DNA of 54,537 nucleotides. It comes from Hyphomicrobiaceae bacterium. Its GTDB lineage: Bacteria > Pseudomonadota > Alphaproteobacteria > Rhizobiales > Hyphomicrobiaceae. The notes below the pieces were generated by a model. It saw nothing but the letters and a program-made list of their open reading frames with translations, was not told the origin of the DNA and searched no databases. Positions 8,904 through 20,500 of this stretch are shown in pieces. A program made the translations under genes and the position numbers. The stretch is taken from contig DAORNH010000002.1 of the NCBI GenBank assembly GCA_035440865.1, forward strand, positions 1 through 54,537, read 5' to 3'. Position 1 is the first letter of the stretch; each line of letters begins with the position of its first letter.

Positions 8904-8979
8904 GCCAAGACAAACAGCGCGGCCATCGGCAACCTTCTGCACATCAGCCGGTTCGTCGGCGATTCAGGAGAGACACGAC

Positions 8980-9186
8980 ATGACCAATTCGGACATTTCA
9001 GCTGCGAAGGATCGCGAGGCCTACTCGATTGCGGAAGCCGCAAAGTTATGGGGGATCGGCCGCACAAGCCTTTACCGCGCCATGTCTGAAGGCCGTTTGC
9101 GCACCCTGAAAATCGGTGCGCGGCGCCTTGTACGGCGAGGCGATTTAGAGGCGTTCATGGAAGCGCATGCAACGCCCACTCCCTAA
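8980..9186 (+). CDS. AlpA/excisionase-family helix-turn-helix DNA-binding protein
   Basis: 68 aa. YSIAEAAKLWGIGRTSLYRAMSEGRLRTLKIGARRLVRRGDLEAFME is a typical MerR-superfamily Xis/AlpA HTH. Confidence 0.8.
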   Translation: MTNSDISAAKDREAYSIAEAAKLWGIGRTSLYRAMSEGRLRTLKIGARRLVRRGDLEAFMEAHATPTP

Positions 9187-9267
9187 GCCAAGAAGGCGGA
9201 GCGGCATCTATCGCGCCTGAAAATTACAGCGAAATTCAGGCATCAATTTTCATGGTCGAAGGCGCCA

Positions 9268-9825
9268 ATGGCTGGCAGACACAATGCAACCGGCCGCAGC
9301 ACAGGCGGCATGACCGCGCGCGACCGGAAAATCCATGGTCCGCCAAAAGGCAGCCCCTGGGTTTGGCTCCCCACAGAACTGCTGAATCATCTGGCCTGGC
9401 GCAGCCTTTCGCTCAATGCCCGGAAGATCATCGACTTCCTCTTGATCGAGCACAGACACCACGGAGGCCGGGAGAATGGCAATCTCGCCGCACCTTACAA
9501 CCAGCTTGAGAGATTTGGGGTCAGCCGCCGGCTCATCAGGGCGAGCTTCCTTGAGCTTGAGGCCGCCGGACTTGTGCGGATGACAAGACAAGGCGGCAAA
9601 TACGCCGGCGGACGTGAGACCTCAACCTATCGCCTCACATTTTATGCCGCGCATGACAACGTCTCGCCAACCAGCGAGTGGCGGCGATCCGATGGGGCCA
9701 AAGTGAAGGCGGCAAGAAAGGACGCGGCCGAGAACAAGAGCCGGGCATCCGAAAACCGGCGCGGGCGGCGCGCCAATCCCGATTTGGAGTGCACCATGGT
9801 GAACCTTGAGAGTGCACCTTCGTGA
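9268..9825 (+). CDS. Hypothetical winged-helix-like protein, island regulatory or replication-associated
   Basis: LSLNARKIIDFLLIEHRHHGGRENGNLAAPYNQLERFGVSRRLIRASFLELEAAGLVRM resembles a wHTH. Its 3' end carries the repeated palindromic 17-mers. Confidence 0.5.
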   Translation: MAGRHNATGRSTGGMTARDRKIHGPPKGSPWVWLPTELLNHLAWRSLSLNARKIIDFLLIEHRHHGGRENGNLAAPYNQLERFGVSRRLIRASFLELEAAGLVRMTRQGGKYAGGRETSTYRLTFYAAHDNVSPTSEWRRSDGAKVKAARKDAAENKSRASENRRGRRANPDLECTMVNLESAPS

Positions 9826-9904
9826 ACATTGAAGCCGTTGTACGCCGAACCCGGCGTTCGCCACCATCCGCCCGCCGCCGCCTGAAAAGTGCACCATCGT
9901 GAAC
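9788..9904. repeat. Three copies of the near-palindromic 17-mer AGTGCACCWTSGTGAAC (iteron- or operator-like)
   Basis: Copies at 9788-9804 (agtgcaccatggtgaac), 9811-9827 (agtgcaccttcgtgaac) and 9888-9904 (agtgcaccatcgtgaac). Confidence 0.8.
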
Positions 9905-9915
9905 AGCAGTATATA

Positions 9916-9944
9916 CTCTGGTCCTATCACTTGCGTGACCAGAG
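9916..9944. terminator. Hairpin between convergent genes, possibly a bidirectional terminator
   Basis: ctctggtc-N13-gaccagag is a perfect 8-bp stem. No clear U-tract. Confidence 0.3.
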
Positions 9945-10026
9945 CGTCTCCAAACTGGAGTAGGAGATGCAGTGATCTCTTGTCAGTAGCGTCTGCGATT
10001 GATCGACTGCCCGCTCAACCGCATAC

Positions 10027-13000
10027 TCAGTTTAGCCAACTTGCCGAGAGCGCTTCCGCTTGCCGAAGAACCGTTTGCACCGCTGCGTCCTGAAGATCGG
10101 GCGGGTAGCCGTGCTTGCGCAGAATCCGCTTCACCAGCACGCGCATTCGCGCCCTGGCACTTTCCCGGTGTGACCAATCCACTGAAACGCTGCCCTTGAG
10201 GCTGACGAGGAGTTCGTGTGCGATCACCTTAAGGGAATCGTTGCCCATCAGTTCGACGGCGCTCTCGCTTTCGGCCAGGGCATCATAGAAAGCGATTTCG
10301 TCCTGCGACAGGCCTTCATCTTCACCGCGCTTGCGGGCGGCGCGGACTTCCTTTGCGAGGTCGATGAGTTCCTGCAGCACCTCGACGGTGCTGATCGCGT
10401 TCGTGTGGTAGCGGGCAATGGCGGCTTCGAGGCGCTCGGAAAAGCGCTTGGTCTCGACCACATTCGTTCTGCTGCGGGAACGGATTTCATCGTTCAACAG
10501 CTTCCGCAACGCCTCAAGCGCGAGGTTTTTCTTTTCGAGCTGTTGAACCTCGACGAGGAACTCGTCCGACAGGATTGATATATCCGGCGTCGTGATGCCC
10601 GCGGCAGCGAGAATGTCCAAGATCTCGGTTGAAACGACTGCCCGATCCAGGATCTGCTGGATTGCGAACTCCCGATCCGCACTGCTCTTTCCTGAGCCTT
10701 CTGCCGATTTCACGAGGGCGGCACGAACCGTCTGGAAGAATCCTACTTCATCGCGAATGTCGCGGGCCTCATCGCTTGCGGATGCCAGGGCGAATGCCTT
10801 GGAAAGCGCCAGCACTGCATCCAGGTATCGACGATTTTCGCGGCGCTTGCCGTCCTCGCTGGTTTCCTTGGCCGCGGCGTCGTGCTGGCGACCAAGTATC
10901 CATTCGATCGCTTCGGCGAGCACGACCAGGCGCTGATGCGGCGTACCAGCCAAGCCTCGCGCATAATCGAAGCCGTGGTACATTGCCGACACGACCTCGT
11001 ACTTCTCAAGCAGCACGGCAACCGCTTCGGCCTTATCGATCCCCGCCTGCCGCTGATCGGAACCGGAATACTGGCCGAGCGCGTTCTTGAGGTTCTGGGC
11101 GATGCCGATGTAGTCGACGACGAGGCCGGCAGGTTTGTCGCGGAAGACCCGGTTCACCCGGGCGATGGCCTGCATCAGCCCGTGGCCCTTCATGGGCTTG
11201 TCGACATACATCGTATGCATCGACGGCGCGTCGAAGCCGGTCAGCCACATGTCACGGACGATCACGAGCTTCAGCGCATCGTTCGGGTCTTTGGCGCGCT
11301 TGGCCAAGAGATCGCGCCTGGCCTTGGTTCCGATATGCGGTTGCCAACTCGGCGGATCGGCAGCCGAACCGGTCATCACAACCTTGACTTCACCCGCTGC
11401 GTCGTCGTCGTTGTGCCAATCGGGCCGAAGCGCGATGATCAGGTCATAGAGCGCCACGCAGATACGACGGCTCATGCAGACCACCATCGCCTTGCCGTCC
11501 ATCGCGGCAACCCGGTCCTCGAAGTGCCGCACCAGATCGGCGGCAACCATCGCCAGCCGCTTCCGAGATCCGACCAACGCCTCTATGGTCGCCCACTTGC
11601 GCTTGATCTTCTCCTGTTCGGTGACCGCCTCGTCTTCGGTCAACTCCGCAATCTCGGCATCGATCTTTGGCTTCTCCTCGTCGGGAAGCTCGATGCGCGC
11701 AAGGCGGCTCTCGTAGTAGATCGGGACCGTGGCGCCATCTTCCACCGCCCGGCTGATGTCGTAAACATCGATGTATTCGCCAAACACTGCCGGGGTATTC
11801 ACGTCGTCCTGTTCGATCGGCGTTCCGGTGAACCCTATGAAGGAGGCATTTGGAAGGGCATCGCGCAGATACTTTGCAAAGCCGTAGGCGATCTCGCCGG
11901 TCTTCTGTTCGATCCGCGCCTTGAAACCATATTGGCTTCGATGGGCTTCGTCGGCGATCACGACAATGTTCCGGCGATCCGACAACATGGGATAGGTCGC
12001 CTCGCCGGCTGCCGGCGAGAACTTCTGAATGGTGGTGAAAATCACTCCGCCGGAGGCACGGCTGAGTGTCGATTGCAGATCCTCCCGGCTGTCCGCCTGA
12101 ATGGGCGTTTGCCGGATCAGATCGCGGCACATCGAAAACGTGCCGAACAGCTGATCGTCGAGATCGTTGCGGTCCGTGATCACGATGATCGTCGGGTTCT
12201 CCATCGCCGGGTGCCGTACCAGCTGGCCGGCGTAGAACGCCATCAGCAGGCTCTTGCCAGACCCTTGCGTATGCCAGATCACCCCGATGCGCTTATCCCC
12301 TCGGGGATAGTCCGTGACGCCGGGAAGCCCATAGGCTGCCGGCTCCTCATGAAAGCCTGCCATACGATGCGCGCTCGCGGACGTACCGGCATTCATGGCA
12401 AGGGCGCGCACGGTTGATTCCACGGCGCGACGCACGGCATGGAACTGGTGATACCCCGCGATGATCTTCGCAAGGCCGGTGCCCGTTTCGCCGAACACCG
12501 TGAAATCGCGCAGCAGATCGAGCAGGCGGCGGCGATCAAAAATCCCTTCAATCAGGACGTCGAGTTCCGGCTGGCCCTTGGCGGCAATGACCTTGCCGTC
12601 CGTGGTGCGCCAGGGCATGAAGCGCTCCCGATCGGCGGTCAGCGAGCCGACGCGTGCCGTCATGCCGTCCGAGATCACAAGAACGGCGTTCGTCCGGAAG
12701 AGCGAGGGGATTTGCGCCTTGTAGGTCTGAAGCTGGTTGTGGGCGCCGGCGAGCGTCGCGGTCTCGCCGCCCGGCGCTTTCAGTTCGATCACGCCAAGCG
12801 GCAGCCCGTTGATGAAAACAACGATATCCGGCCGCCGGTTGACGCTGCCCTCAATCACCGTGAACTGGCCGGTCGCCTGCCAGTCGTTTACGGCAAGATC
12901 GTCGAAATCGATCAGGCGGACCTTGTCACCCCGGATCGTCCCGTCATCGCTATAGAACTCGACATCGACGCCCTCAACCATCAGCTTGTGCAAGCGACGG

Positions 13001-13257
13001 TTCTCTTCGACGAGCGACGGCATTTCGGTGGCAAGCACCTTCCGTAGCGCATCACTACGCGCCTCAGCCGGGATCGCGGGGTTCAGCCTTTCGATGGCCG
13101 CTGTCAGGCGCTTGAGGAGAACGACATCGGCATAGGCCTCTCGCTCGGGCGCCTTGCCATCCGGGCCGATCTCGGCGTCGGTCGCGAGTGCGTAGCCGAG
13201 GCCACCGAGATGATCGAGGACCACCTTTTCAATGGCTGCTTCTGAAAGATATGCCAT
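10027..13257 (-). CDS. hsdR: Type I restriction enzyme R subunit
   Basis: 1076 aa. N-terminal nuclease region ([13 protein letters not shown]), helicase motifs ([19 protein letters not shown]), long helical C-terminus. GGAGGA Shine-Dalgarno upstream. Confidence 0.93.
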   Translation of the reverse strand: MAYLSEAAIEKVVLDHLGGLGYALATDAEIGPDGKAPEREAYADVVLLKRLTAAIERLNPAIPAEARSDALRKVLATEMPSLVEENRRLHKLMVEGVDVEFYSDDGTIRGDKVRLIDFDDLAVNDWQATGQFTVIEGSVNRRPDIVVFINGLPLGVIELKAPGGETATLAGAHNQLQTYKAQIPSLFRTNAVLVISDGMTARVGSLTADRERFMPWRTTDGKVIAAKGQPELDVLIEGIFDRRRLLDLLRDFTVFGETGTGLAKIIAGYHQFHAVRRAVESTVRALAMNAGTSASAHRMAGFHEEPAAYGLPGVTDYPRGDKRIGVIWHTQGSGKSLLMAFYAGQLVRHPAMENPTIIVITDRNDLDDQLFGTFSMCRDLIRQTPIQADSREDLQSTLSRASGGVIFTTIQKFSPAAGEATYPMLSDRRNIVVIADEAHRSQYGFKARIEQKTGEIAYGFAKYLRDALPNASFIGFTGTPIEQDDVNTPAVFGEYIDVYDISRAVEDGATVPIYYESRLARIELPDEEKPKIDAEIAELTEDEAVTEQEKIKRKWATIEALVGSRKRLAMVAADLVRHFEDRVAAMDGKAMVVCMSRRICVALYDLIIALRPDWHNDDDAAGEVKVVMTGSAADPPSWQPHIGTKARRDLLAKRAKDPNDALKLVIVRDMWLTGFDAPSMHTMYVDKPMKGHGLMQAIARVNRVFRDKPAGLVVDYIGIAQNLKNALGQYSGSDQRQAGIDKAEAVAVLLEKYEVVSAMYHGFDYARGLAGTPHQRLVVLAEAIEWILGRQHDAAAKETSEDGKRRENRRYLDAVLALSKAFALASASDEARDIRDEVGFFQTVRAALVKSAEGSGKSSADREFAIQQILDRAVVSTEILDILAAAGITTPDISILSDEFLVEVQQLEKKNLALEALRKLLNDEIRSRSRTNVVETKRFSERLEAAIARYHTNAISTVEVLQELIDLAKEVRAARKRGEDEGLSQDEIAFYDALAESESAVELMGNDSLKVIAHELLVSLKGSVSVDWSHRESARARMRVLVKRILRKHGYPPDLQDAAVQTVLRQAEALSASWLN

Positions 13258-13305
13258 CAGGCGATCCTCCCAATGGTTCCGAGTTTGACGAAGACGGCAA
13301 TCCGC

Positions 13306-14331
13306 CTAATCATGAAAGCCTCCTTCCATGAGCGAGATAAGCAGATCTTCGATCGCCTGGTCATGGTCTTCGGGCGGATACCAAATCGGATGAATGTCCG
13401 CCTGGCCAAGCTCGTTCCGCCTGGCTTCACGGTCCATACCTTCGCTCAGCGGTAAGAAAGCGTAGTGGCGAGGCGTCTCTACGACGGCGTCCTGTTTTAT
13501 TTCACGGAGCGCATAAACCGTTCGATCCACCGACAGACTACATCCGAGAAAGAGCAAGCTTGTATTGGCAATCAGCAGCTTGAAAAGCTCTCGATAGTTG
13601 CCGCCGTCTCCATAGCAGGCTGTGTATTCCCCGCCGGTGAGAACGCGGCCTTGAGCGCTATCTGCTTCACCATGAAGCCGGAGAAGGCAATGAGGTTCAT
13701 CCGCAAGCCTTCGCGGTGCCTCATTCAGTCGAGTCCCAGAGAACTCGCCCTTCAGGCGGCAATCGGAAGCTTCATAGACGCGGTTCAGGACATAGTCGAA
13801 GTTCGTTGTCAGGCAACCACGTTTGAAGATCAGCGGAAGCAGTTGTACCGGTCCCCTCAAGGCCTTCACGCGTGAGCCGAACGCATTTTGAACCGCCTCG
13901 GCAAAGACATCTGGTCCCATACGATCAAGCACCAGCTGAGCCGCTTCTTCGTATCGATATGCCGCCAGGTGGGCGCGAACGTCGTCGGCAATAGCGGGAT
14001 AGTCTGCGGTCAATCCTGCTAGAAACGCGCCCCATAAAGGAAAGCCTGTCGGCCGCGAAAGGCCCGCCCCGACAAACGGGATAACGCTTTGTCGTTTGAG
14101 CTGCGTGTGCAGCCGGTTGAACCGATCAAGGCAATTGAACCGCTCAAGGAACTCGCGCGCGCGATCCATGGCGTTCTGTTTCTGGCTTGCAACCCAGTCC
14201 AGAAAATGCGCCTCGTAGTCGAGCGGCGCCATCGTCTTAAGGACATCGGCGGGAGGCCATTCAAAGGTCCGGACGGTGACTAGGCCCTCATCGTTGAGCT
14301 CTTCGACGAAGCGCTGACGGAAATACTCCAC
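13306..14331 (-). CDS. SIR2-like (SIR2_2-type) domain protein embedded in the R-M operon
   Basis: Motifs VIPFVGAGLSRPTGFPLW, CLTTNFDYVL, LLRLHGE and SLLFLGCSLSVD appear in SIR2_2 order. GTG start with a GGAGGTG Shine-Dalgarno. 12 nt after the hsdS stop and 48 nt before hsdR. Confidence 0.75.
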   Translation of the reverse strand: MEYFRQRFVEELNDEGLVTVRTFEWPPADVLKTMAPLDYEAHFLDWVASQKQNAMDRAREFLERFNCLDRFNRLHTQLKRQSVIPFVGAGLSRPTGFPLWGAFLAGLTADYPAIADDVRAHLAAYRYEEAAQLVLDRMGPDVFAEAVQNAFGSRVKALRGPVQLLPLIFKRGCLTTNFDYVLNRVYEASDCRLKGEFSGTRLNEAPRRLADEPHCLLRLHGEADSAQGRVLTGGEYTACYGDGGNYRELFKLLIANTSLLFLGCSLSVDRTVYALREIKQDAVVETPRHYAFLPLSEGMDREARRNELGQADIHPIWYPPEDHDQAIEDLLISLMEGGFHD

Positions 14332-14343
14332 GCCGCACCTCCG

Positions 14344-15559
14344 TTAAGCCGATAAGGCCGCGTCACCGACGCGAACTTCGCCCGACATGAGCTTCGGAAG
14401 CAGGAACTCGCGCGTGGTGGCGAGGGTGCGGTTTTCCTTGTCGTTGGCGACGATCCTATCAAACAGGGGCTTGGCCGTCTCGTCGAATGACCGAAGGAGT
14501 TCGAGTGCCGGGACGGTCACTTCGATCGGTCGGAAGTTTGCTTTGCTGATTTCCTGAAAGGTCGATCCATTGGCGTTCTGATGGACCGTCTCCATGTTGG
14601 CTTGCGTCCATTGCCAGACGAAGACGTTGGACAAGCGCTTGTTGCAGATCATCGCGATGAAGCCCTGATTGACCGCAACCGGAATCTGGGCGATCGCCAT
14701 GTAGCCGATCGGGGCACGCGATGAGAGAAGCACCGTTCCGGCAGGCAGCAAGCCAGAGCCAATCTGGGACAGGCCAGCTTCGGTGATCTGCCGTTCCGTG
14801 CTGAGCAGCACCGGAGTGCTCAACGACGAGAGGTCTTTCGGAGTCGCCCAAGCGACGTCGCCGCCCCAGAAGGAAGGCTCTTTCGTGCTCGGCGTTGAGC
14901 CGCCGAGAACTTCGACTTCTTGGCCGATCGTGGAAGTGATCCACCCCTCCGGCTTGCCTTCATCGTCGAGGCGGTCGGGGAAAAGGGACCAGATGTCCGG
15001 GGCGAGGTAGGGCGCGCGGCCCTCAATCTTCGCGCGGGTCGGGCCGAAGTCGACGAACCAATCCTTGAAGATCGCCCGCGCCATCGCCTCCAGCGTCTCG
15101 TTCATCCGCCGGTTCAGCTCGATCTTGTCATCAAGCGCACCGAGCACGGAGGCGATAGCTTCTTGCACGAGTGGGGACGCCCATGCGATGCGGTGTCCTA
15201 TCAGATCACGGCGAGTTATCTGAGGCTGTGCCGAACCAGTAACAACCGAATACGGCGGGGAATTAAGTAACGAATAAAACAAAAAGCGGTTGCTGCCTGC
15301 CCGTGGCAGAATAGCCATGGCGTTGTTCGAAACCCAAAGCGGACCTTTTGCCCACAAAACCATACCGCTGTTTGAACCGCGGCATGTCACGAGAGGTACG
15401 CCCTCAGGGTACATTGGCGCAGAAGTCCAGCCAATGATCCCATTCGCCCCGTGAACCGGAATAGGAAAATCGGCAGACGCTTGCTCCGCCATCTCCTCTT
15501 TTGAGAGATATCGACCTTGTTGAATCTCAACAATTTCAGAAAGTGCCGTCGGAACGATC

Positions 15560-15567
<8 letters not shown>
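14344..15567 (-). CDS. hsdS: Type I R-M specificity subunit
   Basis: Two target-recognition halves separated by a conserved helical spacer ([30 protein letters not shown]) and a C-terminal [12 protein letters not shown]. The ATG start overlaps the hsdM stop by 8 nt. Confidence 0.9.
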
Positions 15568-17374
<1,807 letters not shown>

Positions 17375-17570
17375 TCCATCCCTCGATAAGCCTATCGCTG
17401 CGTACTATCATTGCGGGGATTATCCGGGTCCGATTGTCCCGCGACTATCCCCGATTTGTGGAAAACCTCAAGAAGCGGTGTCGGGCCAAGATGGGAACTG
17501 TCGTGTGTGACCAGCCAGAGCCACCTCGCTCTCACCCGCATTATTGAGAATGGAGACCAGGTGGCCTGAT

Positions 17571-20500
17571 TCATTCGAGGACAGTGTAAACTTGGCTCGG
17601 CATTTTGTCGCCGCAAAGAGTTTTCTCGCGTTTCGCCTTCCAAGCCTTTGCGCGATGTTTCAGCTTGCTGTGGATACTGGGCTCGAACCATCCTATCGCT
17701 GCGCCACTACGCGGAACCGAGGTTTTCCACAATCCGACTCGCGCATCGACAATCTTGAGAAACAGGATGCTGAACGCCCAGAACTCTTCGGGAGAATTGG
17801 TGGCGCACATCTTTTCGAACCAGTGCCGCGCCCAGCGGTTTCGATCATATGCGAAGCGCGCCGCCTTCGCCGCGTTACCGATCAGACCTTTGGCGTCCGC
17901 ATATCGGTCCAGCAACGCTTCGGATGTGGTTGATTCCATGCCGAAGCCGATCACCATGAGAGCCCGTGCATTGGCAGCAGGTTCAGGGCGTTCCAAATTC
18001 TTGCGCGCGTACTGTTCAAGGAACGCTGCCTCCCCGGCCATTAGGGCCGCCAGCACCTCTTGCGCCAACTGATGGTCATTCGCCGCGCGATCCAGCCGCT
18101 GCGCCCGCAGCTCATCCAGCGCGCCGCCATCGGCACTCTCCCAGATGCAGATGGCCTCAAGCGACACGCCCGAGAGGCCGGACACCAGGCTGACGAAAGC
18201 CCGCCTGCCTGAGAGGCGGTCGAACAGTTTGCGGGCGAGCGTCAGGTCGTGGCGGGAAACCGACCTTGCCAGCATCAAGGCGAAGTTCTGGACGTGCATG
18301 AGCTTGCGATCGTCCAGGCCAAGGAGCTGTCCGACCAATGCGGCGCAATGATCCGGCGATGTCGAAACGCACGCATCGACCGCTTCAAAGCCCACGTCCT
18401 CCAGGATGAGCCGCGCCTTTTCATTCGTTAGCGCCGTCTCAAACCGATTGTACGCCTCCCACCCCTGGCGCTGGCGCGCTTCAAAGTCTTCCGGCGTTTC
18501 AGACAGGCGCTTGAAGAATGCCTCGGGGCCTAAGACTTCATCGGGCTCCGCCAACGACAGGAGCGGCGGGATCGGACGGCCTGCCATCTCCATGTCCTGC
18601 TCAACAGAAGGCGGCAAGAACGGCAGTTCAATATCAATCGCCTTTGCGGCTGCTGCGGTGAGGCGCGCGGCAATTGCCGCGTGGCACTCCGCTCCGAGCA
18701 CCTCCGCCGCGACGCTGCAGAGGCGCGGGGTAGTCCTGTCCAACGCCTCATCGGCGCTGATCATCCCTTGCTCGGCCGCATTGATGACAATGAGCGAGCC
18801 ATACCAAATCTCGAAGTGGTTCTTCCGAGGATCGAGCAAGGCGGCGCTCCATCCGGTAGCTATCACCCTTTCGATCAGATCGCGGTCTTTCAAGTGCGCG
18901 ATAATGTCCATTGCTTCCGCGCGCACTGACGATCGCTCATTCTCCGCGAACTGCCCGACGAGAGTCCGGCTGCGCGGGGTCAGAATCGTGCCGGAGCACC
19001 GCGCGAACAACAGCGCGACAAGTGCCCTGTTGTGCTCGGCCGACTGCATTGCTTGATTCAGCGACCATTCCAGCTTCTCGGGCATCGCCGGCTTCAGCAC
19101 TTCGGCCAGCTTGAGCAAGGGTGGGCCGTGAGACGGCAATGCGGCCAGGTGGTCGAGCTGCCGATCGCCACCCAGGTGGGGGAATGCGATCTGGATGGCA
19201 TATTGCGAAGCGATCCAGTTATCGTGGGAGTCCTTGGATTCTGGCTCGCGCGGCGAACTAAGCGTATTTGCGATTTCAACGAGCTTGCCAACCGTCTCGG
19301 AATCCAGCGCTGCGCAATGCGGCTCCAGCAAAGTGATACCTCGCATGAGCTCCGCTGATTCGCGGGCGACGATTGATCGTGCGATTTTGCGCTGGGCCTC
19401 GATCGCCACTTCCGGCGCGAACCGGACCAGCCCCGGAAGCGCGTCCCTCACAAAGTGATCCTCCTCGCCCATAGAGGCGTGGCGTGCCACTTCTTCAGCA
19501 TCGACTTGCGAGTATTTATCGGCGGTCACATCGAGATTGTCCGGCTTTGTGGATGCAGGATCACAAGGATCGGTGGCACAGTATTTTTCGACGAGCCTCC
19601 ATCCCCCGAATTTCTCCCGATCCTTGGTAAGCGCCTCGATGAGCTGCTCTGCGCGCCCGGCGTCCTCGACGGTGCTGATGCCCCGCAAGATCGCCACCAG
19701 CGCCCATTGGCCCGTCTGCGATGTATCCTTCTGCGCCAGGAAATCCGACGCCTCAAGGAGCAGCTTCCGCGTCTCCTGCCAGTCACGGCGGTTGTAACGG
19801 ATCAGCGCGAGATACTCGTCGTATGGCGCCCGGAAGCTTGAATTGAGGGCACGCGAAAAACTGCACGCGACAAGCTGCTCGGCAAAGCCCGCCAGCGGCA
19901 TCCCGGCCAGCATCTCGAAGGCATCCTGATGGAGCAGCGAAGGATCGTAACCCTTGCACTGAAGCATGTTCCTTTCGAGGAACACTCGTTCCGCCGCGGA
20001 CAGCTCCGCCATTTTCCGCGCGAGCGCTTGGATCTCCTCCTCCGTGTCCTTGGCGACCTTATCATCGCTGTCGTGGCCGGGGGTGCTCATCACGCCGATT
20101 TTCGGATCGAGGGAATAGGAGCGGAGCCAGTTCGACACATGCTTGCTGATGATCGCCCAGCATTCCGGTTTGTGTCGGCACTTACGCAGGGCCGCCGAAA
20201 GCCAGTCCTTGTTGGCTGCATAGCGGGAGTTCGCCGCCGAGAGATCGAACAGCGCCAACATCGCCGCATCCGTCGCGTTGCGCGCGACGGCGACAAACGC
20301 CGGGTAGTTCTGCGCGTCGACATTCTGGAGACGCAGGAAACCGCAAATGAGAGCGCGCCTGATCGCCAGTGAGCATTGCTCATCGATGCTGGACACCATG
20401 ACGCCGGAGAAAACCGCATCGGCGGTCTTGTCGAGGGCAGCGATCGGCTCAATCAGCTCGTCCAGCGCATCGGCCACATCGCGCCCGTTGCGCTCGGCCT

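Noticed and set aside
10882-12417. Long plus-strand ORF (511 aa) antisense to hsdR. There are similar long antisense ORFs at 47800-49158, 51932-53176, 27533-28732, 5448-6314, 48500-49453 and the first 306 codons of 49171-51132.
   Set aside because: They are Arg/Gly/Ala/Pro-rich, low-complexity translations typical of the antisense strand of GC-rich genes. Each lies fully inside a gene with clear family motifs on the other strand.
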